Below the pieces are notes generated by a model. The model was not told where the DNA came from. It ran no database searches and saw only the letters and a list, made by a program, of their open reading frames with translations. The position numbers and the translations under genes were made by a program. A DNA stretch of 27,018 nt from a virus (lineage: Duplodnaviria > Caudoviricetes): the IMG/VR virus record IMGVR_UViG_3300043120_000018, positions 1-27,018 of that record. One strand, given 5' to 3'. Shown piece by piece: positions 19,859-27,018 of the stretch. Positions within the stretch are counted from its first letter, which is position 1; every line of letters starts with the position of its first letter.

Positions 19859-20326
19859 TTACCTCGTTAAAAAGTTGGTTAATGGAACAGCATCAACACA
19901 ATATTGCGTTAGACTAGCAGGTAAGCTCTCCATATAAGTGCCTGATTTTTTAGCAAGAAACTTTTCATGTTGTTTTTCAACCCACAGTCTTTGTTTAGTT
20001 GCTGTTTCAAGTTTAGGTTCCACGCCATATATTTTATGCAGAAGTCTGTGATGGTTTTCGCATAAAGTAACTCCATCTTCTACCATTTCGTATTCATACT
20101 CTTGATAGAAAGCTTCTCGCATTTCTAAAATCTGTTCTTTAGTGTCTACTTGTACACCAGTATTTTCTATATAGTTGGTTACTAGTAGGGCTACAGTATT
20201 ATAGTGGTGGAACTCTAACTTTTCCTCAGTATTACATACAGCGCAGCAAGTATCTTTTTTATACTTACTCTTAATACCGTCTCTAACCCACTTAATAACA
20301 CTTCTTTTAGTATTATTAGTTGCCAT
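19859..20326 (-). CDS. HNH nicking endonuclease associated with the packaging genes
   Basis: CAVC...LEFHH...VTLCENHHRLLHKIYG zinc/HNH motifs; lies between TerL and portal, as in T5. Confidence 0.85.
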   Translation of the reverse strand: MATNNTKRSVIKWVRDGIKSKYKKDTCCAVCNTEEKLEFHHYNTVALLVTNYIENTGVQVDTKEQILEMREAFYQEYEYEMVEDGVTLCENHHRLLHKIYGVEPKLETATKQRLWVEKQHEKFLAKKSGTYMESLPASLTQYCVDAVPLTNFLTR

Positions 20327-20349
20327 AATTGTTCCTCTTGATAATAAAT

Positions 20350-20378
20350 ATTATGACCAAATTTAGATATAATGTAAA
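20350..20378 (-). promoter_or_regulatory. Sigma70-type promoter for the HNH/portal genes
   Basis: Minus strand TTTACA-17 bp-CATAAT. Confidence 0.7.
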
Positions 20379-20392
20379 GTCCAAATTTAGCA

Positions 20393-20426
20393 AAAGAAAA
20401 GCGCAAGGGGATAAATCCTTGCGCTT
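20393..20426 (-). terminator. Terminator after TerL
   Basis: Minus strand AAGCGCAAGG-atttatcc-CCTTGCGCTT-TTCTTTT. Confidence 0.85.
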
Positions 20427-20431
20427 CATTG

Positions 20432-21757
20432 TTACCCGTTGTGTGAATAAATACCGTACCTCACAGCATCTGCTAGGTGAGAAAAAGCATCGTGTAAAGG
20501 GGTTTCTTTAATTAGATTTGGTTTTGGATCCCAACGGTAGTTAAGGAACATACCAATAACTCCAGAACACTGATGCCATACTTTTATCCTACCAGAAGCA
20601 ACTAGCGTAGCTATATGGCCTAGACCATCTGCCACACTCTTCCTAGCAGCGGCCGAAGATATATCATAGTCAACAGCTAAGTCCGCCCTAAATTGAGCAG
20701 CGGCTGAGTCAACAAATATATAATAAGGATCATATCTTTCCTCAAATTCACGAATAACAGCAGCATGTACAGAAGTAACAGTACTAGCTTCTTCATACTC
20801 TTCCATTATATAATAGGTATCTGTATCCTCATCATACTTGATAGCAACCATAGCTGTAGGGTCACGGAAACCTACGTCAATACCTAGAATTGATTCATAT
20901 TCTTCATTATCCATCAACCTGTTGTATAACTCTAAATCATCAAAGGTATTCTTTTCTATAGTAAACTCTTCGTAGATCTGTCCTTCGAAGGTTGCAAAGT
21001 CAGCCTCATACTCTTGCCTAAAGAATGCTGAAGTATTATTTTGTCTAGCCTCTTCGATATCAGATTCTGTTGCGCGAGGGTTATCTCTATATGTTCCATG
21101 TATAGAACACCAAGCACTTTGTGAAACTTTCTCACTATACCCACGCATATAGAAGTCGTAGAACCAGTTATTACCACGAGGAGTAGAAATAAACAGAGCC
21201 TTACTATTAGGCTTATCAAGAGTAGGTCGCAACTGGATGCTGAAAGCATCCCCACCGACGGGACTGATGGCGGCCTCATCAAATATAATCAAATCATAAG
21301 AACGACCAACAGCAGAGTCAGCCTGACTAGCAGAAGCCATCTTTATTAGAGTGCCATTAGATAGCTCTATCTCATTATCTTTAGCATTTTTACGTAAAGT
21401 CTCAATACCAAAATTTCTAATAAGATCATTAATTTGAGACCAACCAATCTTAGTAAGAGAATAGTTAGGACATACAATAAGTACTTTAGAATTTGGTTCT
21501 AGAGCCTTTAGAAACCCCAGAGTATATGCTATAAAAGATTTGCCCACACGTCTGGATACACAAGCAGTAACAAAACGTATATCAGGATGGTTAAGAGCAT
21601 TTATAATACCGATCTGAGGTTCGTTAGGTACAATAGGCCCGTGTGGTGTAATATCATCCAGTTGAAGTAAGTTTTCTACAGGGAAAGAGAAGAATCTCTT
21701 CTCTAGTCCATAATCTACTATCTCTTTAGTATTAATAAAATCTCTAGAAATTTTCAT
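20432..21757 (-). CDS. terL: Terminase large subunit
   Basis: Walker A SRRVGKS, Walker B LIIFDEAA, ISTPRG, RNase H-like GIDVGFRD, HLADAVRY. Confidence 0.97.
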   Translation of the reverse strand: MKISRDFINTKEIVDYGLEKRFFSFPVENLLQLDDITPHGPIVPNEPQIGIINALNHPDIRFVTACVSRRVGKSFIAYTLGFLKALEPNSKVLIVCPNYSLTKIGWSQINDLIRNFGIETLRKNAKDNEIELSNGTLIKMASASQADSAVGRSYDLIIFDEAAISPVGGDAFSIQLRPTLDKPNSKALFISTPRGNNWFYDFYMRGYSEKVSQSAWCSIHGTYRDNPRATESDIEEARQNNTSAFFRQEYEADFATFEGQIYEEFTIEKNTFDDLELYNRLMDNEEYESILGIDVGFRDPTAMVAIKYDEDTDTYYIMEEYEEASTVTSVHAAVIREFEERYDPYYIFVDSAAAQFRADLAVDYDISSAAARKSVADGLGHIATLVASGRIKVWHQCSGVIGMFLNYRWDPKPNLIKETPLHDAFSHLADAVRYGIYSHNG

Positions 21758-22260
21758 TATACACCCTTACCATTTACTAATCTGGACATAAGCTTATGCA
21801 TATTAGCATCTCCAGGCACATTATTAATATTAATCTGAGTGTTATTCTGAGTATTTGGGGCACCTGGTCTTAATACCTCAACCTTATGTTTTTCCAAAGC
21901 CATCTCTCTCTTAGTAACCATATCTAGAATCTTTTGATATTTATCTAATAGTTCTATGATATCTAATTCAGTTCCTAACCCAGACTCTTCTATTTCTTCT
22001 AGTTTTCTGTTTACTATCTCATCTAATACAGAGAATAGTCTATGTTTATTTCTAAAACCAGACTCCCTAAATACTTCTCTAGTATATTCTAGGACTTGTG
22101 GGGTATTCAATATTCTACGTACTTCTTGCTCGTCTATTTCTAGAGCAATGGCAGTCTTTTTAGGATCCATACCGTTAGTCAGATAGACTTCGGCAATCCT
22201 AAGCTGTTCCGGTGCAATTAATTCCGGCAACAGGGCATCATCAGGTACTAATTCATTCAT
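21757..22260 (-). CDS. terS: Terminase small subunit
   Basis: ATG at 22260 with SD GGAGGA; N-terminal HTH-like region, ESGFRNK motif, NTQININ tail; stop overlaps the TerL start. Confidence 0.85.
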   Translation of the reverse strand: MNELVPDDALLPELIAPEQLRIAEVYLTNGMDPKKTAIALEIDEQEVRRILNTPQVLEYTREVFRESGFRNKHRLFSVLDEIVNRKLEEIEESGLGTELDIIELLDKYQKILDMVTKREMALEKHKVEVLRPGAPNTQNNTQININNVPGDANMHKLMSRLVNGKGV

Positions 22261-22289
22261 AACATCCTCCAAAAGTTGTTTTATACCTA

Positions 22290-22319
22290 ATTATATAACT
22301 TATATTGATGATTTTGCAA
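22290..22319 (-). promoter_or_regulatory. Possible promoter for the terminase genes
   Basis: Minus strand TTGCAA-18 bp-TATAAT. Confidence 0.5.
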
Positions 22320-22455
22320 ACAATAATTAAAACACAATATCTAATATAAATGAAGAACTGTACTACATCTATATTAAAAAATTACTAGGCAAGGTGCATT
22401 ACTTATGATATTATTATTTAAAATATTATTTAATATAAAAACTATAAGGGGTTTT

Positions 22456-23603
22456 ATGAAATTAGATAAAAACGTAAGAGATGAATATGTATTAAATAAC
22501 TATCAAAAGTTAACAAACAAGCAACTAGCGGAAGATACTGGGTGGTCTGAAACCACAATAAAAGCAATTAAGCGAAGACTAGGGCTTGTTAAAAGTAAAG
22601 CTAATATAGAATTGAGAGAATTTATACTTAGTAATAAAGATACAGAACCTAGAGACATAGCCTTGACTCTTGGCATCAAAATAGATACTGTTATTGATAC
22701 ACTTAAATATCTAGGGTTGTACATACATCCCACGATAAAACGTATAAAGAAAGAACTAGAGGATAAATATATAGTAGAAGAAAGCAATATAGTAAATAAT
22801 AGAGATAAAGTAACATATACCTGCAAGAAATGTGGAGATACAAAATCTAGGGCAGCAAGATTTATTCTTCAAGATATTACACAAGGCAAGGGGGTTTTAT
22901 GTCAGTGTGAATCTGAATTAGAAGACTTTATTAAAGAAGAACTAGAACGTAAGAGAAAATATATTATTAAACAATATAATATGAGATTAAAAAATCCACA
23001 ATTCCTGGGGTTGTTAGATGATAATAAGTGTTTGGTTAGGTGTTTAAAGTGTGGAAATATTCATGAGATTAAATGCACTTCTTTTAAATCTAGAAAATCT
23101 CCGTCTTGTTCTAAGTGCCATTACGAGGATTTTAATAAGAAAGAATATTATATAAATGAAATAATATCTAGAGGGTAGACTCTCCATATATAAATTCAAA
23201 CACAACTATCAGAGTAAGGTGCAAGAATGGACATATCAGAGAGACAACACCATACAATATAGTAAAACATAAATGTAAATTTTGTGATAAAGAATTTCCA
23301 GAGTTTTCGTTTGTATACCTAATGGGTGTCGAATGTGGGCTTACAAAGATTGGAGTATCTACATCAGTGGGGCGCAGAGCACGAGAATTAGAATTGGAAA
23401 GTAGTTTAGGCATTCATACTATAATTATGGAGTCTCAGATGAAAACACGGGAAGCCTACAAATTAGAGAAAATATTACATACTAAATATAAAAAGTATAA
23501 TGAAAAACTGACAGATAAATTCGGAGGATATACGGAATATTTTAAATTGTCAGATACTGATATACAGGAAATTGTACATATTATGTCTAAAAACACTCCT
23601 TAG
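22456..23603 (+). pseudogene. Free-standing homing-type endonuclease (HTH + CxxC zinc-ribbon repeats + C-terminal T5orf172/GIY-YIG-like domain) split by a frameshift near 23172-23178
   Basis: ATG at 22456 (SD AAGGGG); first frame stops at TAG 23176-23178. The -1 frame from 23172 reads RVDSPYINSNTTIRVRCKNGH...CKFCD...FVYLMG...TKIGVS...LEKILH...GGYTEYF to 23603. Very AT-rich and on the opposite strand to its neighbours. Confidence 0.8.
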
Positions 23604-23677
23604 TTCGGATAATTTTCTTGTATAGACCGTCTGCGGTGGAGTTCCGCTTCGTTACAGAAATGTTAAGTCTTGTAACC

Positions 23678-23719
23678 GCCCTGTTAACAAAAAGTAAAAC
23701 AAATGTTAACAGGGCTTTT
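23678..23719. terminator. 12-bp perfect inverted repeat between convergent genes
   Basis: GCCCTGTTAACA (23678-23689) and TGTTAACAGGGC (23704-23715), followed by TTTT. Confidence 0.6.
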
Positions 23720-23757
23720 GTTACAAAAACTTTATAAGAATGTAAGCATAATTAACC

Positions 23758-24384
23758 TCATGCCGCCACCTCTAGATCACTTTCGAAAGCTTCGATCTGG
23801 TTTAATAGTCCCATCGCTTTAAACACGTCCCTATAATCCAGCGCATCTTCGATCCCTTCATTATAGCCCATATCATAAACGACCCGCAACAACTCATTAG
23901 TCTGGATAGCATCGTGACAAATAAAGCCCATTTCACGAGCAACTGCCAGTACTCCCCCATGGTCATCATATACCGAAAATTGAGCCATAACACCATAACG
24001 ATCTTGCAACCATTTGAACCAGTGCCTCTTATAGTCGGCATCCCCTAGGGAATAAATGCGCCTAGCCTCATCCGCATGGAAACGCTTAAATAATTGATCC
24101 CGACTACAAGTAAGGGCGGCTTTTAACCCATTTTGGCGCAAATAAATATAATCGCTTTTAGTCATTCTGCGGGCAGTTACAATCACCACTGGCGCGCCTG
24201 ATTTGATCAATGTTTGCATGACTGAGGCTAGCGGCAGCAGTTGATCTTGCATGATGTTTTCATGCGTTTGCTTGGCGCGATAGCTGCTCAAACATAGATC
24301 GCCATTCTCTTTGTATGGTGTCCTATGGTCGCTATCTATAACAGTTTTATCTAGATCAAAAATGCTTATATGTGTCTGTTTCAT
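23758..24384 (-). CDS. dmp: Deoxynucleoside-5'-monophosphatase (HAD family), T5 pre-early Dmp
   Basis: HAD motif FDLDKT; HENIMQDQLLPL, IVTAR, YDD; resembles T5 Dmp and lies next to A1. Confidence 0.9.
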   Translation of the reverse strand: MKQTHISIFDLDKTVIDSDHRTPYKENGDLCLSSYRAKQTHENIMQDQLLPLASVMQTLIKSGAPVVIVTARRMTKSDYIYLRQNGLKAALTCSRDQLFKRFHADEARRIYSLGDADYKRHWFKWLQDRYGVMAQFSVYDDHGGVLAVAREMGFICHDAIQTNELLRVVYDMGYNEGIEDALDYRDVFKAMGLLNQIEAFESDLEVAA

Positions 24385-24409
24385 TGTTTAAACTCCTTCA
24401 ATAAGGGAA

Positions 24410-24425
24410 TGTTTCACGTGGAACA
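24410..24425. promoter_or_regulatory. parS: parS (ParB/Spo0J binding) consensus site
   Basis: TGTTTCACGTGGAACA; the reverse complement TGTTCCACGTGAAACA fits the conserved chromosomal parS consensus TGTTNCACGTGAAACA. Intergenic. Confidence 0.8.
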
Positions 24426-24427
24426 AA

Positions 24428-24449
24428 CCGAGCCAGCGAACCAGCTCGG
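24428..24449. other. Short hairpin between A1 and parS
   Basis: CCGAGC-cagcgaacca-GCTCGG. Confidence 0.45.
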
Positions 24450-24464
24450 AATGTTAAAGTTTTG

Positions 24465-26135
24465 TTAAGCGGGGAACTCCTCCTTAAATAGCAATTGCTG
24501 AGCACCATTTGAAAAAATAATAGCATCTGCCTGTGCCCAGCTCGACGCGCCCAGCCTGTTATAGCCTTGATCCTTTCGTGCAGTTACTCCAGCGGTCACT
24601 ACGCGACCAATTAACGCCGGACTGTGGGTGTGACCAGTAGCCAGCACAGTACCCCACTTCGAAAAAAGTTTAGGACTACCAAAAGAGCCATTCTGACCCT
24701 TATGACCATGCTGTGACATCTCGCAGCCGTTTTGCACCTCTGACAAGTGACCCCGACCAAAGCGAATATTTTCGGCCAAAGGTTCAAGGCCGCTGAGTTG
24801 GCTTTCAAGCTGGATCGCCAGTTCAAGAGCGACGGCAGAATCCTGATCGCTGTCGATAGCTTCACACACTGCCCAGTTAATCAAATAGTAAAGTTTGGCG
24901 TTAACGGGATCCGTTTTAGGGCTGTAGGTCTTATCATCTAGCCAAACATCAAGCGCGGAATTATGGTTGGATTCGGTCACATAAACATCCGGCACGATTT
25001 GTGCCAGTTGGTTTAGTTGGCGGATAACCTGATTCAATTCATACAATACCGTTTGACCCTGCGCACTGTAAAGGTGCTTACCGCTGTGGCGGTTATGGTG
25101 TGAACGGCTCGAGAAATGCAAAACATCTTCGACCGCTACAAAATCAGGCCGGATCTGGCGCAGTAGTTGGATCGTGGTTTCCCAGCAATTGTGGTCAAAC
25201 ATCTCACAATGCAGATCCCCTAATTTCATGACACTAGGGCCATATGTATCGTGATAGATATCTCCTTGCGAGTCGGTCGGGATCACATATTCGATCCGGC
25301 CTTCGCGGTACTGTAAGTTAACAAATTGAGTCCCGCTGGCCGTCTTATAGACCACCAGACCACCAAAAGTGTGATCTGTTTCAGCCTCTGAGCCTGCGCG
25401 GCCTCTTATGTAGTTGTAGTCAGTACAAACACCAGTTGAAACACCCGCGCGGATCCCAGTATCGGGTAGCATTGGCATCATTTCCACTTGTTGTTTCGGG
25501 CTGGCTACAATGGTAAGGCCTTCACCGGAGTTGAGTTGTTTGGCAGCGTTAACAGGTAGCTTGGCGGTCGGCAAGATGGCAGCGTCAGCGGCTAGCTTGG
25601 CGGCGGTATTACTGAATAAGAAAGTATCTTGTAACAACAAATAATCTGCCAAAGCATCATCAAATCGCTCTGCTTCTGACTTTTTGACGGCGCTGAATGC
25701 GTTTTTATTGTAGTACACTGGCAGCACAACTAATCGAGCGCCAATGTTTTCAGCTACGCCTTTGAGGGCTTCCAAACATCCGGCATTAACTGTCGTATTG
25801 TTTTGCGCGGCAGTTATAACGAAAGCCTGACCATCTAAGATCGGCAGATCATCAAGGCGCGACTGTTGCTGTCCGATCATGGTATCGGCAGAAGGTTTTT
25901 TGATAGCTTGGCGGGTAGCAGTCTGTTTAACTGGCTTGTTATCTTGCAACCAGCTAACAAGATCGGCGGCCTCAAATTCACCAGTGAGGCCATGATCTTT
26001 CACCAACTCTGCCAGAATATCTTCAGCACATTCAAGGCGGGTATCGCGTTTGCGCTTGCTGTAGAAATTAAGATCGCTAGCAATAGCAATGGCGGCAGTA
26101 TGAAAAGCGGCGGCAGCGTTTGAGAATTTTCGCAT
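24465..26135 (-). CDS. A1: Pre-early protein A1 (metallophosphoesterase-fold nuclease; host DNA degradation and second-step transfer)
   Basis: 556 aa; motifs ITAAQNNT, GDLH, SRSHHN, ESNHN, HGH, GHTHSP; T5-like dmp-A1-A2 synteny. Confidence 0.92.
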   Translation of the reverse strand: MRKFSNAAAAFHTAAIAIASDLNFYSKRKRDTRLECAEDILAELVKDHGLTGEFEAADLVSWLQDNKPVKQTATRQAIKKPSADTMIGQQQSRLDDLPILDGQAFVITAAQNNTTVNAGCLEALKGVAENIGARLVVLPVYYNKNAFSAVKKSEAERFDDALADYLLLQDTFLFSNTAAKLAADAAILPTAKLPVNAAKQLNSGEGLTIVASPKQQVEMMPMLPDTGIRAGVSTGVCTDYNYIRGRAGSEAETDHTFGGLVVYKTASGTQFVNLQYREGRIEYVIPTDSQGDIYHDTYGPSVMKLGDLHCEMFDHNCWETTIQLLRQIRPDFVAVEDVLHFSSRSHHNRHSGKHLYSAQGQTVLYELNQVIRQLNQLAQIVPDVYVTESNHNSALDVWLDDKTYSPKTDPVNAKLYYLINWAVCEAIDSDQDSAVALELAIQLESQLSGLEPLAENIRFGRGHLSEVQNGCEMSQHGHKGQNGSFGSPKLFSKWGTVLATGHTHSPALIGRVVTAGVTARKDQGYNRLGASSWAQADAIIFSNGAQQLLFKEEFPA

Positions 26136-26162
26136 GTTTTAAACTCCTTATTTAAGGGATAA

Positions 26163-26207
26163 TGATATTCGCAAAAGGCACTCAATAGAATGCCTTTTAA
26201 GATATCA
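26163..26207 (-). other. Intergenic RNA stem-loop (RNase III-site-like or terminator)
   Basis: RNA: UGAUAUC-uu-AAAAGGCAUUC-uauu-GAGUGCCUUUU-gc-GAAUAUCA. Confidence 0.6.
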
Positions 26208-26208
26208 C

Positions 26209-26634
26209 TTAGCTTGCGGATACTTCGATCAAGGGCTGATCATCTTCAGTAGCATCCGAAAACTTGGCGTTGATAGCGTCCACCAACGACTCAAGGCCGG
26301 AAATATTGGCCTTATCGAGTGAATCGATCGCGTCAACCTCGATCCCCAATCCGGCAGCAATAGCGCGAACAAACTGAATTTTTGTTGGCCTGCTGCGAGT
26401 AGTAGCGGCTGGCTTTGGCTCCAGCGTGACGTAAATGCCATCGCGATTTAGCTTGCCTCGTATAGACTTACCGGAAACGGCGCCGATTTCGGTGGCAACC
26501 TCGTTTAAAAACGTGTCAGCGTTGGCGGCCTCGTTTCCGTCTGCTTCCAGCTTGGCAAGGTACAATTCAGCAGCTTTGGCAGCCAATTCAGCGTTCCACT
26601 TGAATTTTTTTGGGGTAGTGTTTTGCTTTTCCAT
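26209..26634 (-). CDS. A2: Pre-early DNA-binding protein A2
   Basis: KFKWNAE...ELY...AN...GAVSGKSIRGKL...KIQFVRAIA resembles recalled T5 A2; 141 aa. Confidence 0.88.
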   Translation of the reverse strand: MEKQNTTPKKFKWNAELAAKAAELYLAKLEADGNEAANADTFLNEVATEIGAVSGKSIRGKLNRDGIYVTLEPKPAATTRSRPTKIQFVRAIAAGLGIEVDAIDSLDKANISGLESLVDAINAKFSDATEDDQPLIEVSAS

Positions 26635-26679
26635 GATTCGGATCCTTTTAAAAAGTTAAATTAACTAGGGGCTAAGGAT

Positions 26680-26724
26680 TTAACCCGCAAAGGGCACTTT
26701 ATTCAAATGCCCTTAAAGAGTCAA
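26680..26724 (-). other. Second, related intergenic RNA stem-loop
   Basis: RNA: UUGACUC-uuu-AAGGGCAUUU-gaaua-AAGUGCCCUU-ugc-GGGUUAA. Confidence 0.6.
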
Positions 26725-26728
26725 CCGA

Positions 26729-27016
26729 TTAGCTTAGGTTCAGCTTGGCTTCCCGGACACTTAGAGCTATACAATACATTCCAGAATTTTTAATAAATTC
26801 CAGAATGGCTTTTGTAGCAGCATTCGGGTGTTTCCAATTAGCACCATTAAGCACCAGCAGATCAAATATGGTGCGCGGCTTCGGTGGCTGTTGCTTGTTG
26901 ACCTTCGCCATTTCTCGCCGCACAGCGGCGCGGTACTGGCGTAAATTTTCTTGGTCTTTCAAGCGATCACCTGTCAGGGCTGGCGGAAAGTTTTTCTTCC
27001 CAATCTTGAGATCGCG
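26729..27016 (-). CDS. Hypothetical basic pre-early protein, possibly 5'-truncated by the window edge
   Basis: The track starts at TTG 26962, but the frame stays open to the edge (RDLKIGKKNFPPALTGDRLKDQENLRQY...). Confidence 0.6.
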   Translation of the reverse strand, partial: RDLKIGKKNFPPALTGDRLKDQENLRQYRAAVRREMAKVNKQQPPKPRTIFDLLVLNGANWKHPNAATKAILEFIKNSGMYCIALSVREAKLNLS

Positions 27017-27018
27017 AT

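Noticed and set aside
1471-21282. Numerous short antisense or nested ORFs (e.g. 1819-2298, 8448-8816, 10971-11591, 18817-19272, 20956-21282)
   Set aside because: They overlap well-supported structural genes and have no motifs or convincing ribosome-binding sites.
23322-23603. 93-aa ORF as an independent gene
   Set aside because: It starts inside the VYLM nuclease motif and its frame extends back to 23172, so it is the distal half of the frameshifted endonuclease.
23650-23747. Possible CRISPR array or iteron origin
   Set aside because: Repeat cores are only 4-6 bp, with no unique spacers and no cas or rep gene nearby.
23802-26659. Small overlapping ORFs within dmp, A1 and A2
   Set aside because: Expected by chance in GC-richer coding DNA; no supporting signals.
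23620-27018. GC-richer segment as host DNA or a prophage junction
   Set aside because: It encodes T5-type pre-early genes dmp, A1 and A2, with no integrase or host genes.
1-27018. matS, E. coli Chi, perfect DnaA boxes, tRNA or rRNA genes, DGR reverse transcriptase
   Set aside because: None found by eye (only partial matches such as TTATCCAC at 7261 inside a gene); a manual scan can miss sites.

Overview
Segment of a lytic T5-like siphophage genome (Demerecviridae-like). About 1-22,260 is the AT-rich late morphogenesis cluster on the minus strand, in T5 gene order: TerS, TerL, HNH nicking endonuclease, portal, decoration, protease, major capsid, head and tail completion, tail terminator, tail tube, baseplate tube, two frameshift-linked tail chaperones, tape measure, Dit, baseplate hub, central fibre pb4, collar, and the start of a side fibre. 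The slot that holds pb5/oad and llp in T5 instead carries a frameshifted plus-strand zinc-ribbon/GIY-YIG (T5orf172-like) endonuclease. From about 23,620 the GC content rises and the pre-early (first-step-transfer, terminal repeat) genes dmp, A1 and A2 follow. The most unusual observation is that this first-injected DNA carries several host-chromosome-like signals: a consensus parS site (24410-24425), about 5-fold higher GATC density than the late region, and 11-bp-phased GTTA(A) repeats resembling ArcA/OmpR-family boxes. It also has two covarying intergenic RNA stem-loops. The adsorption apparatus appears remodelled: pb4 is enlarged with a repeat-flanked cassette and a new C-terminus, the side fibre has an Mtd-like motif, and two Ig domains are missing. 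All homology calls come from remembered sequences, motifs and synteny, not database searches.
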